Shown piece after piece: positions 48,912 to 58,600 of a DNA stretch of 64,000 nt. This DNA is from Desulfuromonadales bacterium (lineage in GTDB: Bacteria; Desulfobacterota; Desulfuromonadia; Desulfuromonadales; UBA2197): NCBI GenBank assembly GCA_014859605.1, contig JACUTW010000002.1:17711-81710 (forward strand). Reading direction: 5' to 3'. The position numbers and the translations under genes are program-made. Numbering within the stretch: position 1 is the first letter of the stretch; every line of letters begins with the position of its first letter. The notes under the pieces are model-generated. The model made no database searches. It had not been told where the DNA came from and saw only the letters and a list, made by a program, of their open reading frames with translations.

Positions 48912-50780
48912 ATGATGAGCCCAAAACAGCAATTTTCGCCGCAAGACTATCCGACCCGCCCCGGTGTCTATCTGATGAAGGGGGCTGACGGCGTCGTCCT
49001 TTACGTCGGCAAGGCGCGGAATCTGCGCGCCCGCCTGCGCAGCTATCTGCGCCCGGAGCAGGACAGCCGCCCGCAGATCCGCTTCCTGATGGAACGGACC
49101 AAGAGCATCGAGACGATCGTCACCGATACCGAGAAGGAAGCACTGATCCTCGAAAATACCCTGATCAAGGCGCACCGCCCCCGCTACAATATCGATCTGC
49201 GTGATGACAAAACCTATGTTTCGTTACGGATTGATCTGCGCGAGCCTTATCCCGGTCTGCGCGTCGTTCGTCAGGTCACGGCTGACGGCGCCCTTTACTT
49301 TGGCCCCTTCTCCTCCTCGACGGCGGTCAAGGAGACCCTTAAGCAGCTTTATCGCATCTTCCCGCTGCGGCGCCTCTCGGCCGACTATTGTGCGCGACGG
49401 CAGCGTCCCTGCCTCTACTTTCAGATCGGTCAATGCAGCGCTCCCTGTCACGGCAAGATCAGCCCTGAGGATTACGCCGAGCTGGTGCGCGGCGCCATCG
49501 CCCTCCTTTCCGGTCGCGAAGACGACGTGCTCAAACTGTTGCAGGGGCAGATGCAGACCGCTGCCAAAGAGATGCGTTTTGAAGAGGCGGCGCTGCTGCG
49601 CGACCGGATCGAGGCGATCAAGGCGACGGTCGAGCGGCAGAAGGTTGTCGCCCATGGCGGCGGCGATTGTGATGTCTTCGGGCTCTGGGGGGACGGACGT
49701 GAATCGGCCATCGTCGTCCTGCTTATCCGCCGTGGCCGCCTCATCGACCGGCGCAGCTACCGCCTGCACAGCGCCATGGAGGAACCGGAGCTGCTGGGTC
49801 TTGCTCTGCAGCAATTTTATGATCACGGCAATACGCCGCCGCCCCGGATTCTTCTCCCGGTGCCTTGTGCCAGTAGTGAGGTCCTGAGTGAATGGCTGGG
49901 AGAAAGAAGCGGCGTCCGGGTCCGGTTGATCGTTCCGCAGCGCGGCGACAAACACGATCTGCTCGAACTGGCGCGGCAAAATGCCCGGGAACACTTTGGC
50001 GAAAAAGGACCAGAGGAGATCGCCGGCGCAATTTTGCAGGAGATCGCGACCCGGCTGGGGTTGCACAAGCTGCCGGCGCGCATGGAGTGTTTTGATATTT
50101 CGAATATGCAGGGGGGGAATATTGTCGGTTCGATGGTTGTCTTTATCGACGGCCTGCCGGCGAAAGAGGCCTACCGGCGCTATGAGCTCAAGACTCTGGC
50201 CGGGCACGCCGATGATTATGCCGCCCTCAACGAAGTCCTGGGCCGGCGCCTTGACCGGGCGCAGCAGGAAGGGGTCTTCCCCGATCTTATCCTCGTCGAC
50301 GGCGGCCGTGGGCAGTTGGGAATTTTAAGTGAGTTGATCGCCAGGAAGGGGTTGATGCCGCCGATTGAGATTGCTTCCATTGCCAAGGCGCGGCGGGAAA
50401 AGGTCGCCGGGAAGGCCACCCTGCGCAGCCAGGAACGCTTCTTCCGCCCCGGCAGCCCAGCTCCAATCCTCTTTCCTCCCGGCTCGGCGGCTTTGCGTAT
50501 GCTTCAGCGATTACGCGACGAGGCACATCGCTTTGCCATTACGTATCACCGGCAAAAGCGCAAGGCGAGGTTGCTGGGCTCGCAGCTGGAGCAGATTGCC
50601 GGTATCGGACCGAAGACCCGTCTTGAGCTGCTGCGCTATTTTGGCAGCTTGCGCCAGTTGCGCGCCGCGACCATAGAAGAACTTGCGGCTGCGCCGGGAA
50701 TCGGCAGTAAAACAGCCCAACGTATTTATGAGGGACTACGTCAGCCCGGGTGCAACGACTTGGGCGACACCAATCCGTGA
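48912..50780 (+). CDS. uvrC: excinuclease ABC subunit C
   Basis: GIY-YIG (PGVYLMKGADGVVLYVGKARNLRARL), UVR domain, endonuclease V-like and C-terminal (HhH)2. Start preferred at ATG 48912. Confidence 0.9.
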   Translation: MMSPKQQFSPQDYPTRPGVYLMKGADGVVLYVGKARNLRARLRSYLRPEQDSRPQIRFLMERTKSIETIVTDTEKEALILENTLIKAHRPRYNIDLRDDKTYVSLRIDLREPYPGLRVVRQVTADGALYFGPFSSSTAVKETLKQLYRIFPLRRLSADYCARRQRPCLYFQIGQCSAPCHGKISPEDYAELVRGAIALLSGREDDVLKLLQGQMQTAAKEMRFEEAALLRDRIEAIKATVERQKVVAHGGGDCDVFGLWGDGRESAIVVLLIRRGRLIDRRSYRLHSAMEEPELLGLALQQFYDHGNTPPPRILLPVPCASSEVLSEWLGERSGVRVRLIVPQRGDKHDLLELARQNAREHFGEKGPEEIAGAILQEIATRLGLHKLPARMECFDISNMQGGNIVGSMVVFIDGLPAKEAYRRYELKTLAGHADDYAALNEVLGRRLDRAQQEGVFPDLILVDGGRGQLGILSELIARKGLMPPIEIASIAKARREKVAGKATLRSQERFFRPGSPAPILFPPGSAALRMLQRLRDEAHRFAITYHRQKRKARLLGSQLEQIAGIGPKTRLELLRYFGSLRQLRAATIEELAAAPGIGSKTAQRIYEGLRQPGCNDLGDTNP

Positions 50781-51008
50781 TATTCCACGATTTCAGTCTT
50801 TGGTTGTTGTTGCTGACGATCTTTATGGTAATTTTTTCATGGCCCTTAGTGGCGCATGGAGTCTCTGGAGGTTTGTAATAAATCTTTCCTGGTCAATTAA
50901 TGGAGGAGGACGGGGAATGGGCACCCTTTTTGCTTTTATCGGAATCGCATCAATAAAATATCATCGATTAGGAAATATAAGATTTAAAGCCACTTAGGAG
51001 GCGCCGAT

Positions 51009-54000
51009 ATGAAACGGCTCGGACAAAAAATTTGTGTAGCAGTAGCGTTATCGCTGGCGTTTGTAGCCATATGGCACGATTCGGCGCAGGCCGCAATGCC
51101 GGTTATCAGCTCCCTTGGGCAAATCAAGAATAGTTCGGTTGTTACTCCGACCCGCATCGATGTTGATGCGGCCGGAACGATCTATCTTTGTGACGGTACT
51201 TTGAACGGGGTGGCGCGCTTTGATAAATATGGCAAAGCGCTTCAGGTTCTCAGGGGTGGATACAAGGTCAGGTCGAATGGTGTCGCTGTTACACCGGACG
51301 GAAGCCGTGTTTTTGTTTCTGTTTCCGAGCCGAACAGCGCTGTTGCCACTGCAGTTGCAGTCATTAACGGGTCTACTGGCGAGTTAATCGGCTATCTCGG
51401 TGGTGGTTTTGGCGAGTTTAAAGGGATTAGAGAGATTGACCTGGATGCGGCCGGAAATATCTATGTCGGTAATTACGATAAGGGCAAGACTGTCGCTACG
51501 GTCGCAGCCAATTTTGACACGACCGCTCAGATTGATGTTTATGATGGTGTCACCTACGCAAAGACACACTCCTTTGGTGCTCCCGCTTCGAATCTTGTCA
51601 ACGGCTATTATTTGCCTCTGGCCGGAGAGTTCGGTGAAATTGGCGGTTTGACGGTCGATGTTGTTAATCAGGAAGTCATCATCGCTGAGGGTTGGAATAA
51701 CAACGGGATTACCCGCGCGCAGGTTTTTTCTCTTGATGGAACATTGAAACGTCTCTTGACCGAGGCGGAAGTCTCCGGAACCCAGATTAACTGTAAGCCG
51801 GTGGGATTGACGGTCGATCCCACCGGTCGAGTTTACATGCTCAGTATTTTAACCAGTACCATTCATGCCTTTACCATTAATCCGGTGGTTCAGTATCTGG
51901 GGAAATTCACCAGTGGGACTCCTGACCCGGCTTATGATCCTATCACCGGGAAGGTTTATCCCTGGACGGTCGGGATGATTCCCTCCCCGGCTTTTGATGT
52001 GGTCTATGATTCTTTGACCAATCGTATCTTTGTCGTGACAGACGGTAACGGTATCCAGATCTTCTCGGTAGATGGTTCGACTAATCCGGTAAAGACCAAT
52101 AATGCTCCTGAAGCACCGGCTCTGATCAGCCCTGTTCAGGACGTTGTCGTCGCCACACTAACCCCGACTCTGCAGTGGTCGGCGGCCGTAGATGCAGATA
52201 ATGATGTTCTTTCCTACAATGTTCAGATCATGGCGTTAGATGGCACGATCGTCAGCAGTAACTCTAATATTGCAGCGACCAGTCATCCGGTTGCCGCCGG
52301 TAAATTGGTTGAAAATAGCTGGTACACCTGGCAGGTTCAGGCCGCTGATGCCGAGTTGACTTCGCCCTACAGTGCTGTCGGGAGTTTTTGGGTCAATGCG
52401 GTTGAGGAAGCGCCGACCGCAGCGCTCCTCCTTTCACCCGACAACGCTACCAGGGCCGACAAGGATACAATTTTCAGTTGGCAGGCGGCAACGGATGCCG
52501 ACCCCTTGAGCTCAATCAGTTACCGTTTGGAAATTGCCCGAAATGCGGATTTCACCGCACCAATCATCAGGATTGAACAGAGCGGGCTTAGCAGTGCCCC
52601 TCTGTCGACTTTGCCCGGTTATGACGACCTGCAATCCGGGACCACCTACGACTGGCGAGTTGTTGCAGTTGACAATAGTGCTAGCCGCTTGATCTCAACC
52701 AGTGCTGTCCGCTCCTTCTTTAGTAACAGCGCCCCCGAAATTCCGGTGATGCTCAGTCCGCTTCAGGGTGACGAAGTTGCAACCTTGACGCCGGATTTGC
52801 AGTGGGCGGCCCCTGTCGATGCCGATGGCGACACCCTGCGTTACAATGTCAGGATCGTTGATGCTGCCGGCGTGGTCGTGAGTACCAACAACTCTGTTGC
52901 GACGACAAACTTTATGGTTACGGGCGGAGTTCTCCTTGAAAACAATCAATATGGCTGGCAGGTCCAGGCCGATGATGGCAAGCTCACCTCTGACTTTAGC
53001 GAAATTAAATACTTCTGGGTCAATGCCGTTGAGGAGGCGCCGACCGCGCCAGCCCTTGACGCTCCGGCAGCTGTAATCAATGCTGACAAGGACACGACTT
53101 TTCATTGGCAGGCAGCAAGCGATCCTGATCCCCTTGCCTTCATCAGTTACCGTCTGGAAATTGCCCGGGATAGCGATTTCGCGACGCCAGTGATTGTTGT
53201 TGAGCAAGCGGAACTCTTCAGTGCCGTCCTCTCAGAAATGGCCGGTTATGACGACTTACAGGCGAATACAACGTACCAATGGCGTGTTCTTGCTATTGAT
53301 AATACCGGCTTGAGTACAGCGAGCGAAGTTCGCGCATTGACTTATGTCAGTACGATTCTGACGATTGACGCCACCTTCCCCGGCGCCAAAGTCTATCTCG
53401 GCGGCAATAGCGCTTATAGTGGTCGCTATGTTGGCGAAGTGCCGGTGGCGCTACGCGACATCGATCCCGGAACGATCGAAGTTGTTGTCGAACTTGCCGG
53501 TTTTGAACCGTGGATCAAAAGTGTTGTTGTGAACCAGTGGCAGGGTGTTGTTGTGACTGCCGACCTCGTCGTCGCCATTCTCCCCGGCGAGTTCAAGAAG
53601 GCCTCCCTGTTCGCCGGTGGTGTAAAGATTCAGGGCGGGCCTGAGGCTGCCCCGGTGCTTGTCGATTTCGATAGTGACGGAATCGATGATCTTCTCGTTG
53701 CCGATGGCAGCGGAAAACTCCTTCTCTACAAAGGGCTGGCCGGAGATGTCTGGTCGCTGGCGGCCGCTGTTCAGCTCCCGGGGGTGACTCTCCCTGTCGG
53801 TGCTGTTCCTTTTGTTGCTGATTGGAATAATGACAATCGGAAAGACCTCCTGGTCGGAGCCGCGGATGGTTCGGTCTCTCTTGCTCTCAATGTCGGGACA
53901 CAGGAATCGCCGGTCTTTGCCGCACTCATCTCGTTGCAGGCTGACAATGCTCCCTTGAGTGTCGGCAGCAATGCCGCCCCGCTCCTTTTTGATCTTGACG

Positions 54001-54710
54001 CTGACGGTGCTAAAGATCTTCTGGTCGGGAGTGGCGATGGTACACTCTACAGCTTCCGCAATATCGGTAGTGATGCGACCCCGGTCTTTGCGGCCCGCGA
54101 AGTGCTGATTGCCGCCGCTGCCGGCGCCTCGAATGCTTCAGCGCTTGTGTCGGATTGGGATGCGGATGGCAGTAAAGAGATCCTCCTCGCGGCAAATCAG
54201 GAAATTGCTTTGTATGAGCGTCAAGATGACGCTTATGTTAAAGGGGATCCTCTCCTCGTTCATCAGTCTCTCTATAATACTCGCTTGCGTTCATACGAAA
54301 TGCAGAGCAGCAGCTTCGGCGAAAAAATCCGTATGATTGCAGCTAATCCGGATGGCAAGTTTGGCAAAGACTTGCTGATAGGCAATGCCGCCGGAGAAAT
54401 TTTGTTGGCAAATTCGACGATGAATAAATCGCGGGCGATCTCTCCTCATTTTGATCTGGCATTAATGGCAACGGTCGCTGAAATCGAAGCACTGATTCAG
54501 GAGAATAGCTTGAACACGCCACTGCTCACCTTGACCTTGAGTCAGTTAAAGACGAATATTCAGTCACAGGCTGTCAATAAGTTGAAGAGCTACGATAAAG
54601 CCAAACAAAATGTGCTCTCTATGCAGTCCGCACTGCAAGAAAACACGGAAATTTCCGCAGTCATCAGTAAACTGCAGACCCAACTGAACAGCAAGATTCC
54701 TTTGAAATAA
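51009..54710 (+). CDS. secreted 1233-aa multidomain protein: NHL-like beta-propeller + 2x(approx. 209 aa) FN3/Ig-like tandem + PEGA + five FG-GAP/VCBS repeats + helical tail
   Basis: TAGGAGG RBS. Signal peptide ...WHDSAQA. NHL-like blades (IDVDAAGTIYLCD, IDLDAAGNIYVGN, LTVDPTGRVYMLS). PEGA-like ILTIDATFPGAKVYLGG...VVVELAGFEPW. FG-GAP repeats (VDFDSDGIDDLLVADGSGKLLLY, FDLDADGAKDLLVGSGDGTLYSF, etc.). Confidence 0.8.
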   Translation: MKRLGQKICVAVALSLAFVAIWHDSAQAAMPVISSLGQIKNSSVVTPTRIDVDAAGTIYLCDGTLNGVARFDKYGKALQVLRGGYKVRSNGVAVTPDGSRVFVSVSEPNSAVATAVAVINGSTGELIGYLGGGFGEFKGIREIDLDAAGNIYVGNYDKGKTVATVAANFDTTAQIDVYDGVTYAKTHSFGAPASNLVNGYYLPLAGEFGEIGGLTVDVVNQEVIIAEGWNNNGITRAQVFSLDGTLKRLLTEAEVSGTQINCKPVGLTVDPTGRVYMLSILTSTIHAFTINPVVQYLGKFTSGTPDPAYDPITGKVYPWTVGMIPSPAFDVVYDSLTNRIFVVTDGNGIQIFSVDGSTNPVKTNNAPEAPALISPVQDVVVATLTPTLQWSAAVDADNDVLSYNVQIMALDGTIVSSNSNIAATSHPVAAGKLVENSWYTWQVQAADAELTSPYSAVGSFWVNAVEEAPTAALLLSPDNATRADKDTIFSWQAATDADPLSSISYRLEIARNADFTAPIIRIEQSGLSSAPLSTLPGYDDLQSGTTYDWRVVAVDNSASRLISTSAVRSFFSNSAPEIPVMLSPLQGDEVATLTPDLQWAAPVDADGDTLRYNVRIVDAAGVVVSTNNSVATTNFMVTGGVLLENNQYGWQVQADDGKLTSDFSEIKYFWVNAVEEAPTAPALDAPAAVINADKDTTFHWQAASDPDPLAFISYRLEIARDSDFATPVIVVEQAELFSAVLSEMAGYDDLQANTTYQWRVLAIDNTGLSTASEVRALTYVSTILTIDATFPGAKVYLGGNSAYSGRYVGEVPVALRDIDPGTIEVVVELAGFEPWIKSVVVNQWQGVVVTADLVVAILPGEFKKASLFAGGVKIQGGPEAAPVLVDFDSDGIDDLLVADGSGKLLLYKGLAGDVWSLAAAVQLPGVTLPVGAVPFVADWNNDNRKDLLVGAADGSVSLALNVGTQESPVFAALISLQADNAPLSVGSNAAPLLFDLDADGAKDLLVGSGDGTLYSFRNIGSDATPVFAAREVLIAAAAGASNASALVSDWDADGSKEILLAANQEIALYERQDDAYVKGDPLLVHQSLYNTRLRSYEMQSSSFGEKIRMIAANPDGKFGKDLLIGNAAGEILLANSTMNKSRAISPHFDLALMATVAEIEALIQENSLNTPLLTLTLSQLKTNIQSQAVNKLKSYDKAKQNVLSMQSALQENTEISAVISKLQTQLNSKIPLK
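52098..53352 (+). repeat. in-frame tandem duplication (period about 627 nt) within the 1233-aa protein gene
   Basis: NNAPEAPALISPVQDVVVATLTPTLQWSAAVDADNDVLSYNVQI... is repeated as SNSAPEIPVMLSPLQGDEVATLTPDLQWAAPVDADGDTLRYNVRI... Both units end with a second module (FWVNAVEEAPTA...ISYRLEIAR..DF). Confidence 0.85.
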
Positions 54711-54745
54711 TACAGGGACTATCGATGCAAAACTGGAGAAAAAAG

Positions 54746-55522
54746 ATGCTTAGAAAATCCGTACTGGTTGTTGCTCTGCTTCTGGTCGCAACAAATCTAT
54801 GGGCGGCGAAAACCATGGATGTCTCAGGGACACGACATAATCTGTCGTCAACCTCGGTCAATATCCCCGGCGGCAACTATTATATGGCGACGAATGAAGA
54901 TGAAGTCTGCATCTTTTGCCATACGCCGCATGGTGGCACCATGAACACCCCCTTGTGGAACCGTGCCGTCCCGACCGGAACCGGTTTTACTCACTACACC
55001 AGTGCCACCCTTTCCGGCTATATGACGGGAGCAGGGATGTCGACCCGACCCGTCAATGCTGAGTCGCTCCTTTGTATGTCGTGTCACGATGGCTCTACGG
55101 CGATGAACAGTATCATCAATAACAGTAATCGCACTGCCGCTGCCCCGGATAATACGAGTAATATCCAACCCATGTTCTTTGCCATCGGCGGTGCGATCGG
55201 TGATGCTCCAGATCCAAGTGGGTGGGGCTTTTTAGGGGACACCAAAAACCTTTCCGACGATCATCCGATCTCCTTCAGTTATTCTTCATCTTATAACCAC
55301 ACGGATAACACCGGTGAGTTTCGTGCGCCGGCCGATGCCAAGACCTCGGGGATTCGCTTTTTTGGTGCGGATATTGCCACCGGTAATTTTGTCGAATGTT
55401 CGTCGTGCCATGATCCGCATGTGAATTACGAAGCCGCAAATGGTGGCGATACTGCTTATACTCCCTTTCTAGTAACACCGAACACCGGCAGTGCTCTTTG
55501 TCTCGCTTGTCACATTAAATAG
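54746..55522 (+). CDS. tetrahaem c-type cytochrome (two paired-CXXCH-like halves)
   Basis: GGAG lies 7 nt before ATG 54746. Signal MLRKSVLVVALLLVATNLWA. Haem motifs CIFCHTPH, CMSCHDG, CSSCHDPH, CLACH (last five residues before IK-stop). Confidence 0.85.
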   Translation: MLRKSVLVVALLLVATNLWAAKTMDVSGTRHNLSSTSVNIPGGNYYMATNEDEVCIFCHTPHGGTMNTPLWNRAVPTGTGFTHYTSATLSGYMTGAGMSTRPVNAESLLCMSCHDGSTAMNSIINNSNRTAAAPDNTSNIQPMFFAIGGAIGDAPDPSGWGFLGDTKNLSDDHPISFSYSSSYNHTDNTGEFRAPADAKTSGIRFFGADIATGNFVECSSCHDPHVNYEAANGGDTAYTPFLVTPNTGSALCLACHIK

Positions 55523-55533
55523 AAAGCTTGCAA

Positions 55534-55572
55534 GTGTTTAAAAAGCCCCAAAAGTCGGGGCTTTTTAAACAC
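55534..55572. terminator. strong bidirectional-type terminator hairpin
   Basis: Perfect 16-bp stem GTGTTTAAAAAGCCCC / GGGGCTTTTTAAACAC with a 7-nt loop (55550-55556). Confidence 0.75.
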
Positions 55573-55642
55573 ACATATCATTAGAAAAATTGAATTGAAA
55601 TATTTTCCTAAAAAGTTTTTGCTCTGACAGGAGTACGCAATT

Positions 55643-58600
55643 ATGCGCTTTCATGAAAATTTACTTGGTATAGTCCTGGCCATAAGTTTGTGTTTACCCC
55701 TGTCTGCCTTTGCAGCCAAAGTACATGATCAGGGATGTAATAACTGTCATCGGAGTGGCGCTAATCCCCGCACCTTAGCGAATCTGTGTACTCCCTGTCA
55801 TCTCTCCTTTGGATTAACAAAAGCGAGTGCCGCCTTGGGGAGTCATCCCTCTCCTCCAGAACCAATCTCCGGCGCAGAGACGGTCCATTTCTGGGGAGGA
55901 TCAACGACAACACAGCTAGAGGCGGGAGCAACCAATCCGCCGACGGCTTTTTATACCAGTCGCTATTCCATATCAAAAAACCGCGTGACCTGTACAATAT
56001 GCCACGATCCGCATGCTGATAAGGTCGTCAAGCCCACACTGCTTCGTGCCACAGCGGACGGAGACCTGATTTGCCAGCAATGTCACAGCAGCAGATTCGT
56101 TTCGAATGTCCCGGATACCAATGCCACCCTGACCCATCCCCTTGTCAGTGATTATGAAGCCTTTGCAGCCGCTAATCCGACTAAATACAAAACGCTGAGC
56201 AATTCAGCCAGCGGCGCTGTTCGTCTGGTTGCGGGTGATGTATCCTGTACCTCCTGTCATTCTCCGCACTTTGCAGACTCCTCCTCTGCGACAGAAGACG
56301 GTTTGTTAAATATTGCTGGACTGACTTCCGGAGACGGCTATCTCCTCCGTTCTGACGGTCCGCTCCGTACCGGCGCTAACCGCGACGGTGCTACCGGCAC
56401 GGGTCAGCTTCGCTCCAACCTCTGTCAGGCCTGTCATACTTACAAGATGCACGGAAAAGGTGGCAACCAGCAGATGATCGGTTGTCTCGACTGTCACGGT
56501 GGACATTCCTACAATAACGGAGCGATCAGCGCCTACGTTCTTGCCGGTAAGTCGCCGGATGCCGTACCGGTACGCGCCCTTCGTGCTCCGGCCGGGACAG
56601 CTCAGGTCACTTATGCGGCCTTTCCTGACGGCGGCAGTGTTAGAACCAAGTGGTCTGACAATACCAAGGGAACGGCTAACGGGTTCTGCGAAAAGTGTCA
56701 TGGTGATGTTCAGAATGATGGCCCTGGCGGACTTGGCAATATTGAACTTGAGCATTTGGAGGGCGGTTTAGCCGAATGTACCACTTGCCACAAACATGGT
56801 GAAACCACCTTCAGTTTTGCCAATGACGCAAACGCCGCCACCTGCGGCCAGTGTCATGGTTTCCCCCCTTATAAAAATATCAGCGGCTTCCGTAGCGAAA
56901 TCGGTGATGCGAATGACGGCGGCTGGGCGGATAACAATGTTGATTTGCCCCGCTATGGTTATACCGATAGCAGTCATTTCCTGGATGAATCAAAAGCCGG
57001 GCATAAAACCCATGCCGGCGCCAAACTGGCGGTGAATCCGGGTGAATGGTACTTTGTCGGCACCTCCGGCATCGACAACTGCAAACCTTGTCACGGTAAT
57101 CAGTCTGGCTCCCTCGCCGGCGGCCATCGTGTTCCGCTGTCAACCGATGCCAATACTTTCCGTGATGTTCATTTTGCTTCCACAGCAACTGTTGGTGGTT
57201 TGGTTCCCTCCTATAATACTGTTGCTCACAAGTGTGACAACACCTACTGTCACTCCAATGGTGGAAAACGCACTGGAGATGGACCGGTCCGCAGTTATGC
57301 TGCCCACACCACTCCGGCTTGGGTCGGCACCGGTGCTAACTACACCGCTGGCGGTTATGGTTCAATCTTCCTGCAACCGGTTGCAACCCGTTGCGCCGAC
57401 TGCCACGGGTACAGCGCAGCGACGATGACAGCACAGGGGAATTCGCCGGTACATAACGCCCATCTCGGCGCCGGTGCCACAGGGATCACTTACGAATGCG
57501 ACGTTTGTCATGTCGCAACGGCCGATAGCACAAGAGCATCAAAGCTGAAACTGGATGCGACCGATGGTCAAAAAGGTGGTAAACACGTCAACGGACAAAT
57601 CGAAGTCGGTTACAAAACCAGTGGTAACGCTTTGTTCGCGTCACTGGCAACTAATGCTGTCGGACCGAATTATGATCCTGTCACCGGTACCTGTTCTGTC
57701 TATTGTCACGATCCGGCTGATATCGGATTGACAGCAGATTGGGATGATACCACCGACATGCAGTGCGATACCTGTCACGGTGGTATCGCGACGGATACCT
57801 CTGCCAATGGCGGAATCGGGATCATCACCTCCGGATCTCATACCAGACACATCACCACCGCTAACGGTGGCCCCGGGCTTTCCTGTGAAGTCTGTCATGG
57901 CGCCAATACCACTGCCGGCACCCATAGCGGCCATCTCGACGGCATGAATAACATGGTGCCGCCGGTGGATGGTGTCAATTTCGCGGATGTCTGTGATGAA
58001 TGTCACGGCTATGACGCACAAGCCGGCGAAGTCAAACCAATCTGGGGAAATCCGGCGACAACCGACTGCGCCACCTGCCATTCCGGAACGCATAAGTCCT
58101 CGGGATGGGTCGGGGCACCGAATGCTCCACTCTTTGCGCTCGATCGCACGACTGGACATGGTCGTCCCGCCGCCAGCGGCAACTATCCGGTCACCGGCAA
58201 TGCGCCGGGTAACTCGGCCTGTCTCGATTGCCATGTCGCCACCGCCAGCGGTCACTTCAGCGGCGGGCTGGGTGATGCGCTGATGCTGCGCACCGACCTC
58301 GGCTTCCCGGCAACCTACAGCGGCAATGAAAATGCTTTCTGTGCCAACTGCCACGGCACCGCGCCGGCGCATCCGACCAAAACAGCCAGTGCCGCAACCC
58401 GCAATATCGGCACCCATGCGGCAAAGCGTTGCATCGGCTGTCATGACCTGCACGGCACAGCGAACATTCATATGGTCACGGAACTAAGGGCCACCCAGAA
58501 TGTCAAGGATAACTCCGCCACCGGTAAATATAGCGGCAACGTCTCCTTCCTGCAGATAACCGGTCTTAATTCCTACGACGAGGATGACGGGGAGGTTGGC

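Noticed and set aside
50683-50997. 104-aa + strand ORF spanning the uvrC end and the intergenic region.
   Set aside because: Its first third overlaps uvrC in another frame. Only the last 26 codons, which have their own strong SD, are flagged, and at low interest.
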